Source of the DNA: Camelus dromedarius
Lineage: Eukaryota
Reading direction: 5' to 3'
Assembly (NCBI RefSeq): GCF_036321535.1
Contig: NC_087436.1
Span: 65,970,001-66,034,000 of the forward strand
DNA length: 64,000 nt
Positions within the stretch are counted from its first letter, which is position 1; each line of letters opens with the position of its first letter. The notes beneath the pieces are model-generated. The model saw nothing but the letters and a program-made list of their open reading frames with translations. It was not told where the DNA came from and ran no database searches. Positions 25,560 through 37,267 of this stretch are shown here, piece after piece. Both the position numbers and the translations under genes were made by a program.

Positions 25560-26870
25560 ATCACCTCCTAAAGAAGCAGTATCTGCTAAGGACAATAGTA
25601 TTTAACAAGACACCATTTATCAATCTTCATCTTCTTGGCAGCACTTATCATTATGGCTGCTGCATCATTTTTAATACACGTGTTTTTAAAGTTTTTCTGA
25701 CCCACTTTCTCTTCCTCTTTGGTTGCTACTGCCATATTTCCTTTATAGAATCATTGTTTTCTTCCCCAACATTGATTAAATTCCTAAAGTTTCTGTCTTT
25801 GTCTCTCTTCTCAAATATTGCCTAAGAAATATATTTGCCTAAGGAATTACATTTATTCACACATGTTTAATTACCACCTGCATATAAATAATTAACTAGT
25901 TTATTTATATTTCCCAGATACTTCACTCTATTCCAAACACACATATATCAAATGCCTACGTATCTTCTTTGAAATCTCAAAAACAAATCAAGCATCAGTG
26001 TCCTCTTCCCACACAAATAAACTTTCCTTCCAGATATCTGAGCAACGGCATGATTAACAATTCACTTACATGATACTAACAATTTTATGACATTTTAACT
26101 TACCATCACTTTCCATATCTAACTTATCACCACATCCTCTCAATAGAAACTTCTGAATATGTGTCAGATAATACAGGTTTCTCTGTATCCTGAACACTTC
26201 TGTATCCAACAGAAATTTATATTCCCCACACCAAAATACAGCAATAGCCTCTATATTAATTATTGTCCTTCTGAACCACATCAGTCTAATGTCCACACAG
26301 AAGTCAAAGTTATTAATTTAAATATACACATAACTGCTATATTTTAACATTTTAAATTATTTACTATTGTTTCGTAGAGAATAAAGGAACTTTAACATGC
26401 CTTTATATTCTGTTACCTACCTCTACCCATCTTCACCATGCAACAAACACACCTCTTTGTTCTCATCATTTCAACTTAATATTAAACACATAAATCCTAT
26501 AGGGCACCACGCTCATCCTATCCCAGAGTCGTTACACGTCTTACTCTTCTCTGTGTGGAAATTTCTTCTTTTTGCCAGGATTGAGCCCAGGGATATTTAA
26601 GATTCAAATTATTTTATTTCATTAGGTAAATCTTTCCATACACACTTGACTAGGTCAAATTATCTTACTGTAAAATTTTTTCTTACCATGTATCTATATG
26701 CAGCACTTATCAGAGTTTGAAGTATGAATTGATTTGCATGGCTATGTATTTTCATATCTTTCTGTGTACTTCATGCAGGCAAGAAAGACATCTGTTTTGC
26801 TCATCTTTGGTTCTTCACTGCCTTCTATTAAAAACGGCTGATGATGTTTATTAGACACTGAATATGTATT
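25560..26870 (+). mobile_element. Highly decayed L2 fragments, preceded by a MIR-like piece at ~25360-25520
   Basis: L2-like motifs: caaatgcctac..; gtccacacagaagtcaaagt; gcagcacttatca; gcaggcaag..ctgttttgctcatc. Confidence 0.55.
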
Positions 26871-28214
26871 CTGAGGCGAATTTAGTGGTTTAGATTGGGA
26901 TTCATCTAGCTATGAGTGAAAGAAAAGACAAGGGTTGAATATATCACCACAGAGAAGAAGAAAGAACATACTGGCTTTTAATAAACTACTGGAAAATGAT
27001 GGCCCCACAAAGGATATCTGATAAGGAATGACAAAGAAAGAAAATGTGAAAAGATACAGTGATTACATCAATAAAGTAGGACATTTTTAATAATAAATAA
27101 GATATGCAGTGGTCCTAAGAAATCAATAGAAGTACATAACACTTTCAACAGAATTAGCAATAAAAAATTGACTATCTTAATTAGAGTGTTATGCAATGTT
27201 ACTGTATAGATAACATTATATGAATTTTATTTAGTAGGAGATAATAAGGGAAATGTAGGCTCCTATTTAAGAATGTGATCTGTGAGGAGACATCATACAA
27301 AAGCTAAATGAAGATAAGAATTTTACTAGTGCTATCTGAGATGTTCTGTTTTTATATTAAATAAAACAAAGATAACTACAGATGAGATTGAAGTTAAAGA
27401 AGAAGAGTGATTCAAGAAGCCAAGATCTTGAAAACTAAACACAATTAAGGAACCCATGTGAAAACAAAAACAGGTACTTTTTAAACAAAAACAAAAAAAT
27501 AAAAATTATATGACAATAGAAGGGGGTCACTGAAAATTAAGATGGATAAATATATTAAGAAACAGAATTTTTAAAATTTTGCTTAATGCTATTGGTTTGC
27601 AAATTAGTGAGCAATTTTCTCTGCTGATAATGAAAACAGAATGAGATGAGAATGAAGTTGAAATTTTAAGATTAAGTAAAAAATTTGGATTAGCAAATGA
27701 GGGAGAATTTTAGCAGAAGTTAAACAGTCATGCAAAATTTTAACTGAGTACTGAGAACTCGAAGTAAAAAGATAACAATTTGCAGCATCAATTATCTATC
27801 TATCTATACACACACACACACATATATGTATATATAAACATTTTCCAGTTTTATGTATTTATGAGTGTATTATTTTATTTATATATTGGTTTATTGTTGA
27901 TTTGTACTTTTTTGTAGTTATACTGAGAATGGTGTTTATAAGAAATGGAAAGGATCATATTTCAATTGACCCAAAGCCAGTGTTTTACAGCAGGGAAAGT
28001 AAGTCTTCAGTGGTAAAATGGAGAAAGAACAATACAACATGAGTGGAATAAAAGGTAAAGAAAGTGGTTGTATGGTTAATTTGTTAGGTGTGCAGGCCAT
28101 GGCCTCCATTACCTCTTTTCCAGCTCAGATTCATCTTTTTATTCAGTATCTTCATTAATTCCCCCTGTCTCATTTCTCTTTATTGTTCACTATACCACCC
28201 CCACTAAAAGAGAA

Positions 28215-28310
28215 GAGAACAAGATAAAGAGAGAGAGAAACAAAGAGAGTGAAAGAGAGTAGACAGAGAGGAAGAGATAGAGACAGGGAGAGAGAAAGAA
28301 AAAGAGATGG
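28215..28310. repeat. GA-rich low-complexity tract
   Basis: agagagagagaaacaaagagagtgaaagagagtagacagagagg... Confidence 0.8.
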
Positions 28311-29079
28311 ATAATTTTGAGAAAATGTAAAGCATTAAATACCAGAAATTTTCATATGCTGAATGTTTAACATGTTAAGTAATTAAAAGCTAAGTCTTGA
28401 CTTCAAGTGCAACTGTGATCATAAAGCCCAGTATTGAGAAAATATGGGGACAATAACCAGGAATGCACACGTTAAAATAATGCAGCTATAAAGTTGGTCA
28501 AGATGGTATAAAACAGTTACAGTAAACTAATAGAAGTGAGATTTTACAATCATCTAAAATTATAAAGTATTTTAAGTATCATAGCATATTCTGGGGCTAC
28601 CTCTGTGAAAAAGACAAAAATTTCTTCAGTTACTGGCTTTTATTTCCTCTTTAGAATTGTATATAATCTGTAAAAGGAATTAGACAAGAATATGCATATT
28701 GAAATACTTGGAAGCATTTCTATGATGCACTTTTCTATGGAAAAGAAGAGATTACTGAGAATGATAGTCTCTGAAAATTATTACTCAAAATAAATCTTAG
28801 TAGGTAAACAGGAAAGAAAAAAATGAATGATAAAAGAAGGAAATAGGGAAAGAAAGGAAGAGAAAAGAGAGAGAATTTTACAATCTCAGAAAAATAATAG
28901 AGGAAGACAATAGAGAGGACACATAATTACAATTGACATATGTAAAACACCCATTTTGCATTCAGTTATTTATAAATGAGAAGAAGTGGTATGTATATAG
29001 TATATGCCACCTCTTAACAAATTTTTAATGTTCAATGTGAGCTAGCTGGGGATTGGTAGTGGAGGTGTCTGACTAAACC

Positions 29080-29305
29080 TGAAACTGAGAAAGACCCTGT
29101 AGGGCCTTTCAGGAGACAGACACTGTCCCCCTGCTCCCACAGTCCCCTGACTCTTGTTTATGGAAAAGCTTTAGCCTCCTAAGCCTTCCCTGAGTTCCAA
29201 AGAACAAATTTAAGCAGAGTAGTGAGAAAATGCAGAAACAAAGGAAAACAGTCAAGTAAGACAAGATAATAATAGTTCAGCCATAAAACAAAGTCAAAGA
29301 CTTTT
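29080..29305 (+). mobile_element. Truncated LTR 5' portion (ERV1-like)
   Basis: tgaaactgagaaagaccctgtagggcc..ggaaaagctttagcctcctaagccttccctgagttccaaagaacaaatttaa..gagaaaatgcagaaacaaaggaaaacagtcaag. No 3' LTR end is visible. Confidence 0.6.
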
Positions 29306-29983
29306 CAGTTTTTTGGGATTCTGGTCTATCCCACCATATTGATATCCTCCACACTACTTTTTAAGTGTTAGCTACTCTGCAGTAGAAGTTAACTCTATGG
29401 GTTGATCACTGGAGAAAATTAATAATCAAAAGCTTGCCTTTTATCATTATGATAAGGGGTTACTCAGCATTGATTTTTCTAAAAAAATTATACTGTTGAT
29501 TAACCTTCTTCCATTTAAAATCTCAACTGTTGGTTGTTTGGTGTTTTGTTTGTTTTGTTTTAAGTTGATTTTCTTATTGTTTATATTAGTGAAGGTTGGT
29601 TAGTTGGTCAGTTTAGATTATACAGATGAAAATTAAACAAAAGTTAAAAAAATTTAATATTTTGACATTTAAAAAATATAAAAATGAGTGCAGAGTGGAG
29701 TGAATGTTCTACAAATCTCAATAAGAAAGCTTCAAAAGTAAATACTATTCATTTCATTAAATTAATTCTGTCACACCAATCTGATTATATATATTATTAC
29801 TATGGAGCATCTATGAGTTGTCCAAATCTATCTTTTTGTTATGTCATATTTCTTTATATAGAGAATAGCTGATGTCATGATTGTATGGGGAACTTTTTCA
29901 GGAACAAGCTTTGTTGCATCAGATAACTAGACTTAATACTCAAGAGAGATAAGAATAAGAAAAGAACTATGAAGTAGAAAATG

Positions 29984-30039
29984 AAATAGCTAATCATTGC
30001 CCAAAGATGACAAATAGCTAATCATTGCCCAAAGATGAC
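29984..30039. repeat. 28-bp perfect tandem duplication
   Basis: aaatagctaatcattgcccaaagatgac x2. Confidence 0.97.
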
Positions 30040-31149
30040 AAAAACAGACAGGAGAATTATTGTTAAAATAAATAAAAAATTTGATGCTGCTCATTAACTG
30101 CATGGCAACCTGTTAATCAGAGGCAGCATAAATGTATTGGTTAAGAAAGAGACACTAAGTAATATACCAGTAATGCTTGTAAAGTAGTATGCAATATGTG
30201 TGTAGTTTTCTGGATAGATACAAAGCAAGTGATGGACATGACCATTTAATTATAATGTTTTCTTTACAGCAGTTGAGATACCAAGTAATACCACTCCTAC
30301 TTAATGTGAAGTAATTGGCTTAGTTCAGTGTCATTGCAGAGTATTTTACTGGATTCATGTTATGGTGCCTTAATGACTGAAATACTGATAATCAGGAAAA
30401 TTGAATGCTACTTTTTTCAAGTTGGCAATAATGAATGCATAACCAACAAGAATAAAACTAAGTCACATTTTTACAGTAATTAAAAATAGTCTATATTGAC
30501 ATGAGAGGTAATTTCTATACGAGTTATATGCATTATACACACATGCGCAATTTTCTTCTGTAACTCTTTAATAAAATAAGGAACAAATATAAACGGAATA
30601 TTTTCCCTGATCTAGAGAAATCAATAGGCATAAAACAGTCATACTTTCAAGGGCATTTCCATCTAATTGTATAAGCAAGATATAAGCCAATATTATTTTT
30701 AGTTAAAAGGAATATATGACTCTAGGAAATGGTGTAAGAAATACCACAGCACAGTAAGCATATAGTTTGTCACTGATGAATTATAATGATTTTTTTGTAT
30801 GCAATCTTTAAATGACAGGTTTGGCCACTGGTGGAGATGTATTTGGAAGATTTAATGGAACAAGTGGGATTTGTCTGCAAAAAGCTCAAAGACAGGAAAG
30901 TTCACATTGTGTTTCAAGTTTTTAAATAAATCAACTGTTTAGTGTTTAAGGAAGTAGTGAGCAATGAAATCAGACATTCGGTTTATGGTTTTCCTGTGTG
31001 TAGCACGTTAATCACTTTATAGACTTTATAACATATCTTCCCAGATACTTTTTTTGGATCCTACACTGTTTCAACACTCAGCTATGGCAGCATTATATTC
31101 TTTTTCCCTAAAATATCCTGCTCAATATAGTATGCTGTAAAAGAAAATC

Positions 31150-31480
31150 AAAGTCAACTATTGATTAATTTATTCATTAATTTGATATTTATGAGTTCTC
31201 ATTTTGATAGATACTGTAAGTATACCAATAGTATGACTTCATAAACTGGAAGTGTGCACGTTAGAGTGGGAACACAAGGGATTAGTGTATCAACTCTGAA
31301 TCAGTGAAGGTTTCAGAGATGTGCTGCCCCATGATTTGAGCCTTGAAAGATAAGTATATATTTACCAAGCAAGAGAAATCATAGGGATATATTGAAGCAT
31401 TAGTCAGTGACTAAAAATGGAAAGAGAAATAGAAGGTGTCCAAAGATAACTGCATTATTTTGAGACTAGGAGAACACAGT
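31150..31480 (-). mobile_element. L2 3' fragment
   Basis: ttattcattaa..atatttatgag..tgagccttgaaagataagta. Confidence 0.5.
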
Positions 31481-31599
31481 GTCACTGAGCAAAAGTAAAA
31501 AATTGAAAATATATGTTAATGAAATACAATATTAAAATTCAACTTTCACAACTTAGTATAATTTACAGATAACTAAAAATATATTTTTATGTCAAAACT

Positions 31600-31945
31600 G
31601 GTCTTTGAAATATTGCCAACCACATATAATAAAGAAAAAAAATGACCTTTGCATGAAGAAACATATGTGATCTCAGATACAATGCTCAGTAAAAGTAAGA
31701 TATAAAAAGGACATCTGCTACTTGATTTTATTTATATGAAATTCAAAAAAGAAGGAAACCTGATCTATGGTGTTACTGATAAAAACAAAGATTACCATGT
31801 AGGTAATGGCTGGAAGGGGACTTGAGATCTTCTGTGATACTAAAAATTAATTTCTCTTAGGTTACATATATATTACAAATTCAACAAGCTGTACACCTAA
31901 AATTTGGGTACATTGTGCTTGTAATTTATAATGCAATTAACTTAA
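31600..31945 (+). mobile_element. L1ME-type 3'UTR
   Basis: aatgctcagtaaaagtaaga..tttatatgaaattcaaaaaagaaggaaacctgatctatggtgtta..caagctgtacacctaaaatttg. Confidence 0.7.
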
Positions 31946-31999
31946 TTGTCAAGAATGAAAAATTAACTTGGATAAACCTATATGTTTCCACATTGAACT

Positions 32000-34900
32000 T
32001 TTCAATTTCCAAAAGAGCATCAAATTTTAATTCATACTATATTGAATCCGAGGATCGTATTTACACAGAATTGACATATTTTACAATATTGGGAGAATCA
32101 ACATTTAAAAATATATAATAAAGTATAATGAGTTTTCTAATCAATGCATGATATATTCATCTATTTATTTATATTTTCTTTTACTATGCTAAATAACCAT
32201 CTGATACTTTCTGTTAGAAATCTTGCACATTTTTATTATTATTTATAAGTATTTTTATGTTTCTTGATGATATCATAAATGGCACTTTTTCTCAAAAGCT
32301 TACATTCTAATTGCCTATTGTTGTTGGATATCAGTAAAATTCAGTTTTATATTTATCTTGTGAGTTATAAATTTAATTATTTTATTATTGAATATTATAC
32401 ATATAAAATCACACCATTTATAAACACAAATTATTTATTTATGTTACTTAAACTTTTTATTTTACTTTACTTTATTGGCAATGTACTTCATCCCAGCGTT
32501 ACACTGAGGTGGCAATATTGTAGATGCTTTTCTTGTTTCCATTTTCAGTGGAAAATTGAAGCATTTGACCATTAATCATTACATATGTTGTAGAGTTTTC
32601 TAAATGTACTTTATTAGATTAAGAAACTTCTTTTCATTTTATAGTTTGCTAAGAGTTTTATGTCATTTTTTTTCTGAATCTATTTAATAATTATAAGACA
32701 GGTATTGACTGCATTGTTTTTTCAAAAGTCAAAGTAATCTACACTTCTGGATAAATTCAGTTGGTCACGCAGACTAATATATATATATGTATATATTAGA
32801 CTATTGTTAGGTAAAAATAAATTTAGAATGGTTAAGTTTTCCACATGGAGTGATCCTTTTATCATTATGAAACATCCATCTTTACATTTCATGATTTTTG
32901 CTTTACAGTCTACTTTTCTCTGTTGTAAAACAAAGTTACAACAGCTTTCTTTACCTAGTGTTTATATGGTATATATTTTGTTCTTTCACTTGTAAAATTT
33001 TGTATCATTATTTTTAATTCATGTCTTTTTTTTGAGGAGTATGAAGTTTTTCTTTTCCCCTCCTTTTCTCAAGTACTGATATCTTACTAGAATTATTTGG
33101 TCTCTTTTACAATACAATGTAATTGCTGATGTATTTGGATTTATAAATCATCTTGTCATTTATGTTGTATTAGTTCTACTGTTTTCTATTTCTATACCTC
33201 TCCTTTTTTCAGTCATCTATTAAATTAATCATGTTTGTATTATTTTACACATACTTCATAAACTTGTTAATTCTACATTACTTTGCTATTATTTTAGTGA
33301 TTACCCTCAGGATTTCTACATGCATTCTTGTCATATTCTGATTAAAATTATTATGTTCCCACCTACTGGTCAATGCAAGAAATTGAAAGGTTACCTCTTA
33401 TTTACTTCTTTCTCTGATATTGCTGCTTCATATTTTATTCCTATGTATATTTAAATTCTTCAAGATATTATGACTATTGGTTTAGACTCTCTATATAAAT
33501 TTAATCCTATATTTTATCTTTGTATTTCTATTTATTTCTTCTTGTATCAACATGGAGTAATTTTCATTTGACCTAAAGCAACTGCTTTTATTATTTCCAT
33601 TGTAAAGTTATGCTAGTGACACATTTTCTTACTTTTTTTCTGAAAATATGTTTATGTCCCCCTTTTATTTGAAGGCAAATTTTGCTGGATTTAGAGTTTT
33701 ATGTTGGAAATTTTTAGCATTTTGATGACATAATTTGATAGGTTTCTATTATTTCTGGCTTTTGTTTTTACTAGTAGATAAACTACAACCTTTACATTGC
33801 TTTTTGGTTTCTAGCTAATTTTAACAATTTTGCTTATTCTGATATTTCATCAATTTTCATAAAAAATATCAGAGATATTTCCTTTAAACTTGGCTCACTT
33901 GGTAAGGCTTCAAGAATCTAGTTAAAATGTCTTTTGTCAATTTTGGAAAATTCTTACCATTAGTTTTGAAAATATTGTCTCCCTATTTTCCTGTCTCCTT
34001 TGCAGCTTCCAGTTACATTTGTAAAACATTTCAACAAATCATATATGTCTGGTATCCTCCTTGCTATAAACTGAATTGGGTCCCCTCAAGTCATATGTTG
34101 AAACCCTAACCTTCAATGTGATGATCTTTTGAGGTTGAGCCATCGAGAGGTAACTGAAGTTAGATAAGGCCATGATGGTGGGGCCGTCATGAAATAATTA
34201 GTGTCATTCTAAGAAGACACCAGAGAGCTTGCTCCTCTCTCTCTCTCTCTCTCTCCTATTTGTAAGGGCCAGAAGGCCAGGAAGTGTCCATTTGCAAGTC
34301 AAGAAGAGAGCTCACCGGGGAACCAAATCATTCAGCACCTTAATCTCAGACTTTTCATCCTCCACAACTATGAAAAATAAAGTCTTGTTGTTTAAGAGTC
34401 CCTGTTTATGGTATTTTGTTATGGCAGCCTCAGCTGAAAAACTGATTTTTAAAAAATTGTTATTGTCTTTCTTCCTCAATGCTATTGTGTGACTATTCTC
34501 TTCTGGCTTATTTTCTATTTTATGAATTATTTCTTATAATTTGATATAAGTACCATTAAACATATTTTGACTTTTTAATTTTGTTTATTGATTTTTCATT
34601 TTCACAATGCACTTTAACTCATTTTTAAGGTTTCAAGTTCTCATGTGAACCTTTCTACTATTATTTAAATTCCTGAAAACAGTAATCCTTTACATTAAAG
34701 CACAAATCTTATTCATAATCTCCTCTGTATCACATTCTACTGCCTTATTTTCTTGAATTGTTATCAATGTTTTATCTTTCTGAAAATCTCATTATTTATT
34801 GAATTCTGGATATACTATTTTCTAAGAAAAACTGTAGGCATAACTTATGTCTCTGCCAAGGTTATCTTCTTCCAGAAAGAAGTTAACATTGTCTTTGGAA

Positions 34901-35350
34901 GGTAGTTATATTATGACTAGATCATCTTAAACCAGTTTGGATTGAGTTCTCATTTGAGTTTGGTTTTTTGGTAGGTGAAGACTTATCTACTTTTGGTTCA
35001 TGCTGACTGCTATTACATATGCTTTAGAAGCACCCCAAAGAAGAGACTGGGATGCTTAACCAGGCCCCTCCTAATTGATTGAATTTGTCCTGTCAAATTT
35101 CACTGCTGCCCATGTGGCTCAGGATAACTCATCTTTAATTTATAAGATTCTCATTAATAGCTTTCTTCCCGGATTCCTATGATTTCAGTCTTAGCTTTTT
35201 GGATTGGTCATTGTCTCAAGAGCAACACCAATACCAAAAATGAAGCTCATCTCCCTGGGTTTTTATCCCTCTGGGATCTTGATTAAGACTCCAATTCTTT
35301 GGTAACTTTGAAGAACATTTTGTTTCATACAATCTAGTCCACAAAAGCTA
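32000..35350 (-). mobile_element. Ancient fragmented L1M (ORF2, ORF1, 5' region), interrupted by an MLT1 LTR
   Basis: T-rich antisense L1 motifs such as gaattgacatattttacaatattg and ccttttatttgaaggcaaattttgctggatttagagttt. Confidence 0.6.
34062..34445 (+). mobile_element. MaLR solo LTR (MLT1A-like)
   Basis: tgctataaactgaattgggtcccctcaagtcatatgttgaaaccctaacc..gaagacaccagagagcttgctc..ttgttgtttaag..tatggtattttgttatggcagcc. Confidence 0.88.
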
Positions 35351-35934
35351 GAAGTGGAATTCTTCTCTATCATGATAATGGAAAAAGTATTACTCTTTCT
35401 GAAATTGTCCTAATATAGCAAAGATGGATATTTAAATATATGAAAAAATAAAATGAACATCACATATGATGTTTTTTCTCATTTGCAGATCAAAAAAAAG
35501 GTCTAATATTAGATTGCTATGTATGATGTAAAAAACATAACACAGGAGTAATAATAATAAAACATGCAATGGAATATTAATTGCCAGGTGTCTAGGTTTT
35601 TACACTTTTGTTATTGCCTGGATCTGGAATATGTGTCTCTTTAAACATTCTGTACTGTGGATATCTCCATATTTCCAAGATTATCTTAAATGTCATCATG
35701 TTCTCTGTTTCCTACAATATCCACTTATGGAAAGTTAACTCTTCCACATGTGTTCCCAAAGAAATTTTTAGCGCATGCCTCTATTATTGCTTTCATCACA
35801 TTGGATCAGAGCTATCTCACTGTAGTCCCCCTTTTCTGCTAGATTATGATTCCTCTAGAATAAGAATGGTATCTTATCCATCAAAATAGCACAGATATCT
35901 ATCATAGTGAAAACAAAATCAAGTGCTACCTATA

Positions 35935-36452
35935 ATCACTGATTCTTAATGCAAGATACTCAGACAACAGTCAAAAAGTCCATAGGTAGAGAACAGTGAG
36001 CCCATAATCTTTGATGGAAAAATAATTACATTTTATTTTACTAAAGTCTAAGTAAAATATAGTATTTTATTTGGCTATAAATTTAGGTAACAAACCATAG
36101 TTGTATGAGCAGTATCTATGACTTCTATTTCCAAAGAAATCCAAGATAGTTTCATAGCAAATTATAATTTTTCTGGAGATCTTGAACTATGATTTAAGGT
36201 CACTGATTTGCAATAATGGTAATTATTAATAAATCACTAGATATTTTATTTGCTATAGTACTAGAAAAGGTATAGATGATAGATTGATCAATCAATAGAG
36301 AGATACACAGAGAGACAGAGGACTATTTCAATATAATGTTTGTAATTCTATCTAATTCATTGTAGGTTTTTAAAAACATTATTCTGAGAAAATGGCCCAC
36401 AGACTTCACATGAATGATAAGAGTCCATGGCAAAAAATACTTCAGCACTCCT
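35935..36452. mobile_element. MER113-like hAT-Charlie DNA transposon fossil
   Basis: tttaaaaacattattctgagaaaatggcccacagacttcac..gagtccatggcaaaaaa; ggtaacaaaccatagt..gcagta. Confidence 0.65.
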
Positions 36453-36619
36453 CAGAAACATACTTGTTTGAAAAAGACTATCAGAAATACATCATTAGTG
36501 TTAGAAAATAATTTGCTTTCTTTTATACTAAAAGTTAAATTTTGCCAACAGCTTTTAAAATTCTATTTTAGTATAGCTAGCTTATTTTAGAAAAATTAAA
36601 ATTAACTTTGGAATCCCAA

Positions 36620-37267
36620 TGTTAGAGCAGGCAGATAGCTAGATATGAGCAGAGAAAGGAGGACATGGGCCAAATGGCAGGAATTTGGCAAAAAAGGAGA
36701 GGGGCACAGGGCCAAATGCAGGAAACTGTATACCATGTATACAACAGGGGTCCCTGGGCAGGCAAAGAAAACAGGAACCTCTACACTGATATGTAATCAC
36801 ACATTTTAGGGTAACAAGTGGCCTGGAGGTTGACAAAGAAAAGTGGGGAAAGGTAGGAATCTCCAGTGTCCAAATGTAATATTTGCTCATTATGCCTTCA
36901 TTACAATAAAATTGGCCTTGCAGATTAGAAGTACCCATCATGCACCAATGCCATGACACCTCCAATCCAGACTAAATAAGGACAAAAATCCCTTCTTCCC
37001 TTGGGAAGGTGGAGCTGGGATGGAAATCAGGGAATACGACCCCAAACCCTTCCCTCCCTAATGAATATTCCACCTATTCATTTTTACATTCTATGTAACC
37101 AACTTGCCAAAGAAACTCAGCGCAGCTGCTCACCTGAGCCTGCTCACCCTCCCCTTGAGAGTGTCCTATCTATTCCTTAATAAATCTCTACTTTACTTTC
37201 TTAATCTCCTTGTCTCATCTCTGAATTCTTTCTGTGACAAGAGACAAGAACCTAATCACCAGCAACA
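36620..37267 (+). mobile_element. Complete ERV1-type solo LTR (648 bp)
   Basis: TGTT..AACA termini, an exact 4-bp TSD CCAA (36616-36619 and 37268-37271) and AATAAA at 37179-37184. No internal retroviral sequence is adjacent. Confidence 0.93.
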
